Assembly (NCBI RefSeq): GCF_018977255.1
Contig: NW_024704743.1
Span: 15,378,001 to 15,442,000 of the forward strand
Direction: 5' to 3'
From: Callorhinchus milii
Lineage: Eukaryota
Length of the DNA: 64,000 nucleotides
The notes beneath the pieces were generated by a model. It had not been told where the DNA came from. It saw nothing but the letters and a program-made list of their open reading frames with translations, and searched no databases. This document shows, in pieces, positions 49,533 through 63,749 of this stretch (position 1 is the first letter of the stretch; each line of letters begins with the position of its first letter). Position numbers and translations under genes: made by a program.

Positions 49533-50395
49533 CCTGGCTCAGTTGGTATCATCTCTTGCTTCTGAGTAGAAAGTTGTAGGTTCAATAAAAATAATGATAA
49601 TCCTTGCATATAGCATAGTGCCTTAACACATCCGTGTGATGTCCCAAAGAGCTCTACAGGGTAAAAGTGATTTGACTGTGTATTTTGTGGGCAGCAGCCA
49701 GTTGTGCACAGCAATGTCTCACAAACAGCTATGGAGTGAGTGATCAATTTTTTATTTTGGGGATTGTTGGCCAGAACAGCGGGAGAAGCTCCCTTCTTTT
49801 TTCAAATAGTGGCATGAGATCTTTAACGTTCAACTGAATGAACAGGCAGATTGGATTTTAGTTTAACATCTCATATGTAGGATAAGGAAGGCATCTCCAA
49901 CAATGGCACAACCCCCCAACACTGCACTGGAGTGCAAGTTTAGACTATGCAATTTCAAGTCCTGATGTGGGGCTTGAACCCACAACCTTCTGTCTTGGAG
50001 GTGAGAGTGCTACCACTGAGCGAGGCTGATGCACAAATTCCATCTCAGGACTTGGAATCACATAGTCTAAGATGACACTCCAATGCAGTGCTGGGGGTGT
50101 GCTGAATTGTCCTTCCAATGAGAGGTCCTGTCTGCCTGTTCAGTTGGACTTTAAAGATCCCATGGCACTATTCGAAAAGAGAAGGGAGTTTCTCCCGATG
50201 TCCTGGCCAAATCCCTCAAATAAAATTGATCAATCACTCCATGGTGTTTGTGGGACATTGATGTGTGGAAATTAGCTGCTGCATTCACCCACAAAATCCA
50301 GAGTCGCACCTGTTTACAATATACCCATTGAAGCGCTTTAAGACATCTCGGCGATGTGATAAAGCGCTATATCAAATGAAAGTAGTATTATTAAT
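49533..50395. mobile_element. Nested older DeuSINEs: + copy (49533-49583, 50035-50395) interrupted by a - copy (about 49585-50028)
   Basis: Deu-domain sequence CCTGTCTGCCTGTTCAG.TGGAC.TTAAAGATCCCATGGCACTATT on both strands, with tRNA-like heads. Confidence 0.8.
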
Positions 50396-50994
50396 ATGCA
50401 CTTAGGCAAAGGAAGCACTATAATCTGTTCACTACAAGAAAATTAGGAGGAGCTGGAGTTGATCTGCATTTACTTTGCTGGAATGAAGAGTGGAGCTTTA
50501 ACCTGACTTCGGGACATCTGGAGACTGCCTGCGGCAAATCTTGCTCCGCAAACATGTGCACATCTTGCCCTCATCACTGAAATAATATGTTGATGACAAG
50601 ACATTCAGTCATGCTTGAACTGCCATTAGATTTTGGGGGGAAGTTATCTCCCCTACTCAAATAACAGTAGCAAAGGCCAGGAAAATCACCTGAAAATCAG
50701 ACAGCTTTGCTCCTGGCTTGTTTTGTAATTTTACTGCCGTTATGTGACTAGCAGAGATCAGAGGAATACAATTCTAATGGCATTTTGTACATGTTCAAAC
50801 ATCTCAATGTCATCGCATTACCCAGCCAATGACGGCAGTGTGGCTGTACAGGCTCAAGGGTGTTTCCGGCATCATCCTGCACCAAAACTTTGTGCTGTGA
50901 GATTGGATTTTCTTCACACAGAGACAACGTGAGTGGAAACTCAGAAATAAGTCTTGGGAGATCTGGAGCCAGGGAACTTGTTGATTTTACAATA

Positions 50995-52042
50995 GAGTAA
51001 AACTCACATAAGTCATATTAGTCTGGACCATAACATTTAATATGACTTGCGTGAAGTCCGAGCTGCAGGCGAGGTGTATAAATCGCATAAAACCTGATTT
51101 ATAATAATAATAATCCTTGCATTTGATATCGTGCTTTTCACGTCTTTGAGACGTCTCAAAGCGCTTCACAGAATATACTGTAAAGTGAATTGATTGTATA
51201 TTTGTGGGCGAAACGTGGCAGCCAATTGCGCACAGCAGTTTTTCACAAACAATCGTGGATTGAGTGAACAAATTATCATTGTTTCTTTTTCTTGAGGGAT
51301 TATTATCAAGCGTGTGGAATAAGGAAACTTGCTCAAGGTTTGGCCCTGCCGAGTATCAAACCCAGGTATCTTGCGTGCAAGGCGAGTGCTCTAACCATTG
51401 AGCTACAGGATTCCATGATTTAATCAATAATCTACACTGCGTATGCATAATTTAATGCAGCCGGTAAGTGTACATGCGTTGACAGGTCAACCCCACATTT
51501 TCCAGCTATTCTTGACTCATCAACGCATGCGCACTTCTTGGCAAGCATTGGAATCGCATTGAATCGTGGGAAATTAAGTTCTTCTGAGACTGCGTCGACG
51601 GATCAAGATTACATTTCCTACAATTCGATGCAGCCGTCCAGTAAATGCACATGCGTCGATTGGGTCAGGATCTCATTTCCTGTGATTCAATGTAGACAGA
51701 AAGTGTGGGAGTAATGGAGGGTAGGGGAGTGGCATTACAAGTTAGGAGGTGATTAATGCAAATAGTGCAAAGAAATCTAGGTGGTTTTGAATGGGACTCG
51801 GATTAATGTACATCTTAATAATAATAATAATTCTTGCATTTGGTATAGTGCCTTATCACGTCTTCCAGATGCCTCAAAGTGGCTTCACAGAATATACTGT
51901 AAAGTAAATTGACTGTATATTTTGTGCGGGAAATGAGGCAGCCAATTGGGTCCCACAAATGGTCGTGGATTGAGTGACTAAATTATTATTAATTAATAAT
52001 TAGGCGATTATACGATTTATAAACCCTGTGCAAGTTTTACTT
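50995..52042 (+). mobile_element. Same MITE family, copy 2, with two SINE insertions (51101-51415, about 51817-52000)
   Basis: Collinear with 34357-34949 once the SINEs are removed. A third partial copy lies at 21316-21445. Confidence 0.8.
51101..51415 (-). mobile_element. tRNA-Ala SINE (short) inserted in a MITE
   Basis: Flanked by TGATTT at 51095-51100 and 51416-51421 (target-site duplication). Confidence 0.9.
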
Positions 52043-55000
52043 TACTAGTTCTCTCTGAAGGCTGGTGGTGTGGTGTAGAAGTGATATGAATTGCACTAAT
52101 ATTCATCTCAAAACTTACATCCTCACATGTGCCAAAGTCTGCACACCCATCACCTCAATGCTCACCAGGCTCCACCGGCTTCCTGTCTTCGAAAGGATCA
52201 ATTTCAAGATTCTCATGTAGAAATCCCTTCATGCCCTAGCACCTCTCTATCTCTCTGATCCACTTCTCTGTCCGCCCGCTTTGCTCAGGACAGGTCTGCT
52301 GCACGTCTCCTGACCCCTCCATGCCAGTCAGAGGCCATGCCTTCAGCTACTGCCACTGGAACTCCCTGCCTCAATTCCTCCGCCTCACCTCCTCTTTAAA
52401 TCTTCAGTAACTTCCAAAAATTGCGCAAGTTTTCCATTGCATCTACTAGCATAGTTTAACCAAGGTCAAATATCTTCAACACACAAATTTTCTATGTCCA
52501 TTACTTGAATTTAAAAGTTCAGTGCCTTAGACTTGCAAGACACAAACTGCACATGGTTTTACACCTTTCAAATTGTACTGATGTAACGTCGAAAGTGCTT
52601 CCTTCCATCAGAGAAGCCAGCCGTGATACAGTCAGTGATTGTTCTGAATCCTGTCCTAGTACCTCCACATATCATGCACAAATCCATTTCCCTTGGGAGA
52701 GACTTTCTATTTCAGTAAGAGAGTGACCGACAACTTAATAAGTTCTACAATCTCTGTTAAAACCAGATTTTCCTCTGTAACCATGGCAATTTGGTTACCA
52801 GTTTGGAGAAGACAGATGGTATTTATAACATTATTATCCTTCCTGTGTGTCTGCCTTTGCATTTATTTCATTCAGTATTCAAATTTGTTTAACGCAAGTA
52901 ACCATATTACGGTATAATTTCAGGGCAATGAAATCAGGTGACTTTGCTTCTAGCTTCTTGGCGATTCTGTTGCCAAATCTTGGCGAAAGGATATATATTT
53001 TTTTAGAAAAAAACGCCTCTCTCATTTTCGCTCATGTACAAATGTCTTTGAAACATTTCATAAGGCTAAATCCGGGTTGTATTCATCTCCAGAATTGAAG
53101 ATCTCCAGAACTCATTAAAAAAAATCACTTTCTGGTGTAATAACCCTTTCAAAACAAAATGTGATCACTCAACGCACAGCTGCTTGTGGTACCCTGCTGT
53201 GCACAATTGGTGTTTCGCTCACAAAATATACAGTCAATCCACTTTACGTTATATTCCGTGAAGCGCTTTGAGACGTCTCAACGACCTGTCAAGGCGCTAT
53301 ATCAAATGCAAGGATTATTATTATTATTAACTGAAGATCTCCAAAACTGAACTGTTGACTCGCCGGAATCTTGCTGGTATGAAAACTCCCCAACCTCATG
53401 TCTGCGTGAGCCCAGAGTCATCGCAGGAGATATTTCCAGACAGGATGTCTGTAATAGGCTGAAGATTTCCCGAGGATGACCATGAGGTGGCGATAGAGGG
53501 ATATTATGGCCCCGGCTCGCCATCTGCACGTTTTAATGTGGAATCGGCATGAGTCTGAGGAGCTCACAGGAGCTGGCTCCGCTGCAAGGCTTAACATCAA
53601 ACCAGGCAGCTTTCATCTGTGTCAGTCCAAGCAGTAAAATTGCCCTGAGCAACAACAATAACTTGCATTTATGTAGTGCCCTTCACACGGGGCAGCGTCT
53701 TGGTGCGTTTAACAGTGGTGGAGTCTGACGTCGAGCCAGGGGGAAGAGGAGGTGACCGTAAGCACGGTCAAAGAGGAATGTCTTCAGTCATGATCTAAAA
53801 GAGAGGCAGGAGTACCAATGCAAAAAGAGACCGAGGCTGCCTTACGTCCTTTTATTATGTGCTATGTCTGTATTATTTTGCCCACAAAATATACAGTGAA
53901 TTCACTTCACAGTATATTCTGTGAAGCGCTTTGAGACGTCTCAACGATGTGATAATTATTATTATTTTATTATTATGTCACATGTTAACAAGTCACTCAA
54001 TTTTAATTTTATACTTTTTACGCCATGTGAATTTTGAGCTATCCTTTTGGCAGTTTGATGGATAGAATCCATTGAGATGTTACTTCAGGACCAGTGGTGG
54101 ACGTGCGCGAGAGGAAGCACACAGTAAGCTGGAAATCACGCTGAGAACCTATTGATCTGGTCTGTTATTAGTTAACCAAAGGTCAAGCAAAATCTCCTCC
54201 CTCCCCCATCTCAGTAGGTTCCAGTAACATAACTAATTGTTTCAGCATGTGTTTCTGAATATAGGTATCAATATTTCTGGGCAATTTCTAAATCCAGCCG
54301 CTTCCTATTCAGAGCAGTGTTTGTACAGTATTCCCTACTCTGGTATAAGGTTTTTTTGTTATAAAAGTTGCAGTTTCTCGCAGCTCCCCCTCCCTCCTCC
54401 TGCCCACCCTTTAATCGTTACCTGCAAAGTGTTCGCATATGGTCTGCCATGTGCACAGTAAACAACGTTAAATGTATCCGGTAACAAAATAAGTCAGGTA
54501 CAGCAGCAGATTTGTGGCTGTACCAATGCAGTCATCACTGAATCAGGGGGGGATAGGAACTGTGAAACCCCTGTGGGCAAATGACAGTCCAGAGTAAATA
54601 GAAATTCAGTTCAGAATATGACTAATGTCACCTTTTTCTTAAGATGGATAGTTTCTGCGGCTCATGCCCATATTAGGCAAAGCGACTAACAATGTGCACA
54701 ATGTTTAAAGCCTCTTGCTCCAGTAGACTCTGAGGGGCTCAGTGCTTTATGAGGTGTGGGGCTATAAACTGAAATTAACCTGGAAGAATGTAGATGCTCG
54801 GATAGCGAAGAGAGCCATGTGCTTCTTGTCGCTTTGCACTGCAAGTAGCAAAGGAAAGCCCACTATACTTTCACCGCGGAAAAAATATGTACAACTAAAA
54901 TAAATGGGATATTGCTCATGTAAAATGAAACACACTGGGCTAGACCCTTTGTCATTGAAGCAGATGCCGGATATCCAGATTGCTTCATTAGCCAAATCGC

Positions 55001-57812
55001 CTTTTCTTTGCATGAGGTTGTCTGCTGCTCTATAAGTTTGAACTAGGGCAGCTGCGGTTTCTGTTCACACTTGAAGTCCAATGACCGTGGACAATACATG
55101 AGGAAGCTCACTTTAATGCTATCCGCTGTTATCTGAAATTTACTGCTTGTCTCATTTCTTTCATTATAATGTACAGCCAACTCTCTCCCAGGCATCCTTT
55201 TAATTCAAGTGGATTCACTGCATCAAACATGCTTACACTGTATTTATAAAAGCAGTGTGGTGGCATAGCACATTGGAGAATATAGCAGCAAATGAAAGGG
55301 AATTGGATAACTACATGAAGAAAAATATTATTAAAGGGAATAGGGAAAGAGCAGGGAATTGGGATTAAAGTAGTATATATAGTTCCAGTAGGGGAGCTGG
55401 AAACATCACAGGTATATTTAGGTTGAATGATCTTCCATACTACAAACTTTCTAACTACATTTTATGATTGTCAAGTGTTGTGAGAACCAGAATTTGCGTA
55501 CCTGCAGTTTACGACAGAATTCGTTCTCAAAGGGAGGGGGACAGAATTAGATATTTATTCATAATCCTTGCATTTGATATAGCACCTTATCACATTGTTG
55601 AAACGTCTTGAAGTGCAAAATATAGTGCAATGTTTTATACTGTATTTAGAGACATTGAATAGAAATTCAGTCACTCTACTTTACAATAAATCATGAAGCA
55701 TTTTGAGACATTTTGGCTAAAAGATAAGGCAAGCTATATCAAATGCAAGGATTATTATTATTAATATTAATAATAAAAGTGAGGAAATCATACAAAATGA
55801 TTGTAAGATATTAGTTAGGTTACAATTGGAGTAGCAGTTCTGAGCATTTGGTATAGCAGTTTTCATGCTGGGAGGATATCCCAAAGTGCTTCACAGGATA
55901 TACTGTAAAGAGCAGTGACTGTGTTTTGTGGGTGAACATCTGAGCCTTGTTTATGCAAATAGTTCAGAATTTATATGAACTAATAACCAAATGAACAGTG
56001 TGTATTTTGAGAATGACACATTCTGCAAAGATTGTTTTTTGTAAATCTTTATTCAATCTAAGAGACAATTATGAAGGTAGAATAGTTCTCTCTGCATTTG
56101 TTTGAACTTACAACATTTCATGATTTGTATTAATGCTGCCATTGATATGCTTATTGGAAAACATACCAATTTTTCAAAAGGTTTTGTCTTACAAACAGCA
56201 AAAGCACCTGAAAGTTATTTCATACATTATGTTGACACGAGTACAGCAAATTATTTTGTTGTTTGTCATTTGCTTACACTATGTTAAAAACCACGAGATT
56301 TAGATGTCATTTATAGTGTTGAACAGAGGCTAGATTTATTCCCACATCAGATCATATCTCTAATTTGTTGCATGAATAAAATTTGTTGATTCAATTATAT
56401 TACATAGAACATTATAGCATGAAAACAGGCCATTTCGCCCTACCAGTCCAGGCTGAAGTTTATATTCCATTTGAGTCTCCATCTCTTATAATTCACCCTC
56501 TCATTCCCCTCTATTCTCTTCTTCCTGTGTATGCCTCATTTCCTCTTATATAATGCATCTATGCATATCAATATAAGTTGGCTTGAGACCTAATTTACCC
56601 TAACACGTATTACCAAGCATCTCTCTATTAGCCCAATGTCTGTTCTCATCAATGACCAGCCATCTAATCTGAAAAACATACATTTCTCGGTCCATTTGCG
56701 TGCAAATTGTGCGTACACATGCAGTGTCTGGCTTGTGCACACGTGTGTTTGAAAAAAACACAAAGAAACTAAATTAGAAACATCTGTAGAGTTGCCCAGT
56801 GATTTCTGTTTTAAAAAAAATGCTACAATTCCAGTCAATCAGATTGTACTGATTTGATTGCAGAGTTTGGAATAAGATTTTACATCTCAGCCTAAACAAG
56901 ATGTCCAGAGACTGACAATAAAAATGTCAATTTATTTAGATGTAGAGCAAGCATAGAATTTACACATTTACTGTTATAAAACTTTTGCTTACTATGTGCA
57001 TGTTCTACATCCATAGTAATATTTTACAGCTAATGCATTGATGGCAAATTATACAGTCGGATCTCTGACCATAACTTAGCCATTGAGTTTTGGTAATCAA
57101 TTAAGGCTCAGGAAAATAATGGTGCATTTCAGACTTCTTTCAGATGAGATGATAAACCGAGTTCATGTCTGCCTGTTCAGGTGGACATTGAAGATCCCAT
57201 GGCACTATTTGAAAAGAGAGGAGAGTTCTCCCAGTGTCCTGGCCAACAATCACCCAAATTAAAAAAAATTGGTCATTCATTTCATGACTGTTTGTGGGAC
57301 ATTGCTGTGCTCAATTGAACTACCATGATTGCCTACAAATACAGTCACTTCATTTCACAGTAAATCCTGTGAAGCGTTTTGAGAAGTCCTTTTGACGTGA
57401 TAAGGCACTATACCAAATGCAAGGATTATTATTCTTCTCAATTAGAGCAACAATCGATCATTTTAGTTTCAAATGTAACTTATTCCAAAGTGTATCACAT
57501 TTAAAAAATAAACGTAACTCCTTAAATTTAAATGAGTTTTGATTCTTTGTCACTCATCTTTAATTTACTCTGAATATTGCTTCAATATTGACAATTCAAG
57601 CATTGTACAGGCCTATGATTTCGCCACGCAATGAGTTCCAAGTGTCAAAAACTTCTCAGGGAATTTCTGAGGATGAGTCATGTTAATCTACTTCTGCGTA
57701 TCTTGCATTTCTGGGTTGGGAGAACACAATGAATTACAGGCTAAGGTGATCTTAAATCCAACCTTTTTCATGAAAACATTCTTCTCTTTCTATTACCTTT
57801 AATGCTATAAAA

Positions 57813-58370
57813 GAATACAAAATACAATACAAAATTATATTGTAAAGTGCCGTTTATGTCCCAAGGCGCTGAACAGTCAGGGAGTCACCGAGCGGTGGGT
57901 GAAAGTTGGGATGAGGGAGGGCAGAGAGGATAGGAGGGTGGGTGAAGGCATGGTCGAAGAGGAGTGCCTTGAGGAGGCGAGGGAGAAAGCGAGGCAAAGG
58001 GAATGTGGGATGGCGTTCCAGACGGTGGGGGCAGAGAGGCAGATGTGGGAACATGGAGCAGGCCAGAGCCTGCTGCGCAGAGGGAGCGGACAGGTTGATA
58101 AGGGGTGAGCAGGTCGGAGAGGTAGGAGAGGGCAAGGCCATGGAGGGCTTTGAAGATGAGGACGAGGATTTTGAACTCGATTCTCTGAGGGATGGGGAGC
58201 CAGTGGAGCTGGGTGAGGGTGGGTGTGATGGAGTCACGGAGCCTGGTGCAGGATTGGACATGAGCTGCAGAGTTCTGGATGATCTGCAGTTTGTGGGAAA
58301 GCCGACAAGCAGGGTGTTGGCATAGTTGAGCCTGGATGTAATGAAGGCAGGTATGAGGGTTTTGGCTCTC
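57813..58370 (-). mobile_element. L2 3' fragment
   Basis: KLQIIQNSAA, LHWLPIPQRIEFKIL. Confidence 0.9.
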
Positions 58371-58524
58371 CTCTGAACTTTCTCTCTTATCTCTGCCAAT
58401 CTCCCTAGATATGTGTCTCTTCCCAATGATTGAAATCACGGCTTATTGTTTTGTCACCTATTCTAATTCATTTTTTTCCACAGGATCTGAATTCTGTGCA
58501 TCTCATTTTGTCCCTCAGTTTTTC

Positions 58525-59230
58525 ATAGAAACATTGAATTATACAGCACAGAAAGAGGCCATTTGGCCCATCATGTCTGTGCCAGCTCTTTGAAAAGAGC
58601 TATCCAAATCAATCCCATTTCCCCACTCTCTCCCCATAGTCCTGCAAACTTGTCCTCCCCAAATAATTACCTACTTCTTTCTTAAAAGTTGTTATCGAAT
58701 AGGCTTCCACACCTTTTCAGACAATGCATTCCAGATCCGAACAACTCGCTGTGTGAAAAAATTTCTCCTCACCTCCCAGCTGTTTCTTTTAACAACTATT
58801 TTAAATCAGTGCCCTGGGGTTACTGACCCACCCACCAGTGGAAATAGTTTCTCCTTGTTCACCCTATCGAATCCCCTCATAATTTTGAAAACTTCTATTA
58901 AGGCTCCTCTTAACCTTCTCCAAGGAGAATAATCCTAGCTTCTCTAGCCTCTCCTCATAACTGAAGTCCCTCATTCCTGGTACCATCCCGGTAAATCTCC
59001 TTTATAAAGTTTCATCATAACTTCCTAACTTTTGTATTCTATGTCCCTATTTATAAGTCTAGTATCCCATATGCTTTTTTAACAGCTTTATCTTGAGACG
59101 TGGAGAAGACGTGAAAAGCGCTGTATCAAATGCAAGGATTATTATTATTATTATTATCTACCTGTCCTGCCACGTTCAAAGATTTACTTATATGAACTCC
59201 CAGGTCTCTCTGTACCTTGACCCCTTTTAA
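58525..59230 (-). mobile_element. CR1 3' fragment with a 60-bp SINE tail inserted at about 59092-59156
   Basis: Homologous to the reverse complement of about 2350-3030. Confidence 0.88.
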
Positions 59231-59399
59231 AATTCCACCATCTAGCTTTCCTTCTTCCTACATTCTGCAATCTTTTAAAAACCTGGCTTGGAGTCACCTA
59301 ATCATAACTTCTTACTACATTTTGGTTTCCTACTTTTTTCAACTTTGATTTGATTGTGAACCTTGATTACTGATCTTGGTTTCTGAATAATAAAATGAC

Positions 59400-59713
59400 G
59401 TGAAGTTGTGTAGCTCAGTGGTTAGAGCACTCGCTTTGCAAGCGAGACACCTGGGTTCAATTCCCGGCAGGGTGAAATCATGGGCAAGTTTCCTTACTCC
59501 ACACGCCTGATAATAATCCCTCAAAAAAAAGTAATAAATTGGTCATTTCAATCCACGACTGTTTGTGGGACACTGCTGTGCGCAATTGACTGCTGCGTTT
59601 CGGCCACAAATATACAATCAATTCACTTTACAGCATATTCTGTGAAGCGCTTTGAGACATCTAAAAGACGTGAAAAGCGCTGTACCAAATGCAAGGATTA
59701 TTATTATATTATT
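59400..59713 (+). mobile_element. tRNA-Ala SINE (short)
   Basis: Full head to tail. Confidence 0.92.
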
Positions 59714-60129
59714 AAAAACATATCACATTATTTTTAACATTCCTTCTGTGCATTTGTAGCACTTTGCAGGCCCCTTTCCAGTGCTGGATTCCTTTGTACT
59801 TTCCCAAAACGATAGCACAAAACTGATATTGCCATGTTGTGCAACCTTTATTTCATTTCACCTCTTGGCAAAAGGGAAATCTTGCTTTTATTTTTTATAT
59901 AACAAATTGGTTACAAAAGTCAATGTCACATATGGAGTTTGGTCACTTGGACAAAGTAGGCCTTAGCTGTTGTGGTGTGTTTGGATCTGAATCAATGCGT
60001 CTGGAGAATAAAGAAGAAAATTGGAGGAAACTATGAGAATATTTTTATTTTTGAATCCACTTCTGTGTTTAATTTTTTGTTTATACAGTGCATGTGCCTT
60101 TTTTGACAATCTTTTACGTTATAATAAAT

Positions 60130-60431
60130 AATAATATAATCCTTGCATTTGATAAAGTGTTTTTCACATCTTCTAGATGTCTCAAAGCTCTTCACAGAAT
60201 ATTCTGCAAAGTGAATTGACTGTATATTTGTGGGCAAAACGCGGCAGCCAATTGCACACAGCAGTGTCCCACAAACAGTTGTGGATTGAAGTGACCAATT
60301 CATAATTTTTTTTCTTGAAGGATTATTATCAGGCATGTGGAGTAAGGAAACTTGCCCAAGGTTTCATCCTGCCAGGAATCAAACCCAGGTCTCTTGCTTG
60401 TGAGGTAAGTGCCCTAACCACTGAGCTATAC
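60130..60431 (-). mobile_element. tRNA-Ala SINE (short)
   Basis: Inverted relative to 59400-59713. Confidence 0.9.
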
Positions 60432-60899
60432 CTTCCCACCATCAACCTGAGTGCCCACCAGCAATGTTAATTGCTTTGAGACATCATCCTGACGTGAAAG
60501 ATGCAATATAAATGTGTACTTTATTCTCTTGTATTGCATGCTGATGACATCATCAGGAAATGGCTGAGAGCAACTGATTTACAAGGTAGTACAAGGAAGG
60601 GAGCAAGGAAACTAAATTAATATACATAGCTGATAGGATTGCTGAACCCTCCTGAACTAATGACTTTACTTAGTGATATTGATCTAGTTTGTTGTGATGA
60701 TGTTGTTGGCACTCATTGTTTAAACAATAATATCCAACAAAAAGTAACGGAGACTGATGCAAAATTAACTTGCGGACACAAAAGTAAAGCTGATGCACAC
60801 ATGAGTAAATTGGGAAAGGTTCAAATATTAACCCAGCTCTCGTCTTTCATTTTTGAATCCCAATATTCTGCCTAATCCTGGTGGAGTGTAGGGAATTAG

Positions 60900-61452
60900 G
60901 TTGACCACCACAACTCCTCCCTCCATAGGCTGCAGATCTTCCAGAACTCTGCAGCTCGTGTCCTCTCCCGGACTAGGCTCCGTGACCCTATCACCCCCAT
61001 CCTCTCCCAACTCCACTGGCTCCACATCACTCAGAGGGTACAGTTCAAGATCCTGGTCCTCACCTTGAAAGCCCTCCAAGGCCTTGTTCCCCCCTACCTC
61101 TGCGCCCTCCTAACCCCCTACCACCCTGCCCACTGCCTCCACTCAGCTGGCTCCAGCCTGTTTCACGTTGCCTGCCTTGCCCATCCCTCCATTGATGGGC
61201 GAGCCTTCAGCTACTCTGCTCCCACCCTCTGGAACTCCATCCCACAGTCCCTCTGCCTCGCCCCCTCCCTTGCCTTCTTCGTCCCATCTCAAGACCCTCC
61301 ACTACAACAATGCCTTCTATCACCATCCCGCCATCCATCCTCCCCAATCTTGACCCTCAGCTTGGGTCCGAAACACTGATTGTCCAGCACCTTGGGACAT
61401 CCTCCTGACGTGAAAGGCGCTATACAAATGTAATTTTGTTGTTGTTGTTGTA
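60900..61452 (+). mobile_element. L2 3' fragment
   Basis: RT C-terminal remnant, tail hairpin and (TTG)n. Confidence 0.88.
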
Positions 61453-62068
61453 GTTTGGTCTAAAATGAACCTAAAATAAAAAAAATGGACTCTTATAGTT
61501 ACTGTTTTTTTTGTATCAATTGGAGATCTGATTAGAAAATTGCACATAGTCTACATGGAATAATGTTGCTACATTAATCTACCAACCTAGGGTGCGTGGA
61601 TTCAGAAAACATTGATATTTATTCCATTCACTTGAAGAAAAGAGGGGATTAAAATTTTAATCTTTTAGAAATTTTATACAAATTTCTAGAGAGTTGACAA
61701 AGTCAGGAAACTCCTATGACACAAAAGCCTTGAGGTGATGATGGGAACTTCCAGAGACTATTGGAGATTCTGCCAGATGATAGTTGATATTTTAAGTTTG
61801 TCACATACATAACTTTATATATTCATGATATTCAATAGTACTGCAAATCTTTCAGCACTGGAATTCACTTTATGTTACTCGAGTTTCCTCTTTTTCACAC
61901 TTTAACATAAAATACAGTTCATTTTTTATTTAAAAATGTTTGGATGAAAATCTCCATAGAATAACATTTGAAATTGTAATTATAAACAGTTTAGTGCAAT
62001 CGTAGTGCAAATTTCAAAAAATGTCTCCAGTGTTTCTACTGTCTGATCAATACTTCCATTAACTACAG

Positions 62069-62501
62069 ATGGTTTTCAGTTATCAGGAGAGGCTAGAGAA
62101 GCTAGGATTATTCTCCTTGGAGCAGAGAAGGTTAAGAAGAGACTTAATAGAAGTTTTCAAAATTATGAGGGGATTTGATAAGGTGAACAAGGAGAAACTA
62201 TTTCCACTGGCAGGTGGGTCGGTAACCCGAGGGCACCGATTTAAAATAGTTGTTAAAAGAAACAGAGGAGAGATGAGGAGAATTTTTTTTTGTTCAGATC
62301 TGGAATGCATTGCCTGGAAGCCAATTCGATAACAGCTTTTAAGAGAGAAATAGATAATTATTTGGGGGGGACAAGTTTGCAGGGCTATGGGGAAAGGGCG
62401 GAGGATTGGGATTGATTTGGATAGCTTTTTTCAAAGAGCCAGCACAGATATGATGGGTTGAATGGGCTCCTTCTGTGCTGTATAATTTTAGGATTCTATG
62501 A
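62069..62501 (+). mobile_element. CR1 3' fragment
   Basis: LEKLGLFSLEQRRLRRDLIEVFKIM; ends GATTCTATGA. Confidence 0.92.
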
Positions 62502-63749
62502 TCTTATAGAACCAAAATTGGGCATTGGAGAAATGGGTTTATAAAGAGTAAATGATATACAACCTTAGCTCATTCAATGGCCAAAGCATGACTTCGTTAG
62601 AAGCTTCAGAATTCAGTGCCCTACCTAAGATATAGTAGGTACACATGTGAAAATCTGGGTGCTGATCTGAAATACAGTACAGACGCAGATTGAACAAACT
62701 AAGATTCAGGCAGTACAGCACAACACAGTTCACAGCACTGATATGTTTTTGATCCAACATGAGAAATGTTGCTGCTTGGAAAATTTAAAATAAGGATGAA
62801 AAGAAACAATCAAGCACAGAAAAAAACGATTTTTTGTTTCAGATACAAACATTAATGTTAGAGTCAACATACACTCCCCTTCTTTTACCTGCGAGATGTA
62901 ACACAGCCCATCCCAGGTATCTCCTCCTCTGCAAAATGAACGATTTAACTCTTTATCCAATTTATTTCTAAAATTAGACAATCTTCCGGTCTTTCTATCC
63001 AGTCCTAAGCACTGACTGTAGGGTAATACTCCAACATCTCAAAACACAAAGCTGTCTATATCATCCACAGACTCCTGCAGACTATCATCCAAATTCTGAA
63101 TGACACATGCTGGATTTAGCAGCACAAAGATGCCCCATAGACATCAATCCCTAAAGCTTGCCTACATCAAAGGAGCTGCTGAGGCCTGTGGCTTCTCATC
63201 TAAAGACAATCCAGACATTTTTCTGCACACATTCAAAAATGTTACATTTGGGCTGTGTTTATGTGTACCATTCCTTGCGCTTGATAATTCAATGCATTTC
63301 CTGGGAAGATGCTGACCAGCTCACTACCAGATGTGTATCATCGTGGATTGGCACGCAAGCATTTGGAAGAAGTCCCTGCTGTACAGATCTGTACAAAGAT
63401 GGTGCCATTCCCTGAGTAAGAGTCGTAAATTTCCATTTATTTGACAGTGTTTACATTTGCAAGCAGCTGACAATGACAAGGGGCTGTATAAAATGGAACT
63501 TCTATTTCTTACATGATTATACAGCGTGACCAAAAAGTCGTGATACCATTACAATGTCTAATAAGTCTTAAAGAAAGTTATGATATTCTTTTGTTTTAGA
63601 TAAACAATAAAGAAACAATAAACTATCCTTCCCCTGAGTTCTCATTACTAGAACAACAACAAAAAACAAATTGCATTTATATAGCATCTTTCACATGGGA
63701 GGACGTCCCAAGAGTGCAATGCGTGGGTAGTTTATTTCAGGTGCAGTTA

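Noticed and set aside
60541..60556. Small palindrome CTGATGA-CA-TCATCAG
   Set aside because: Arms are only 7 bp, which is expected by chance in 64 kb.
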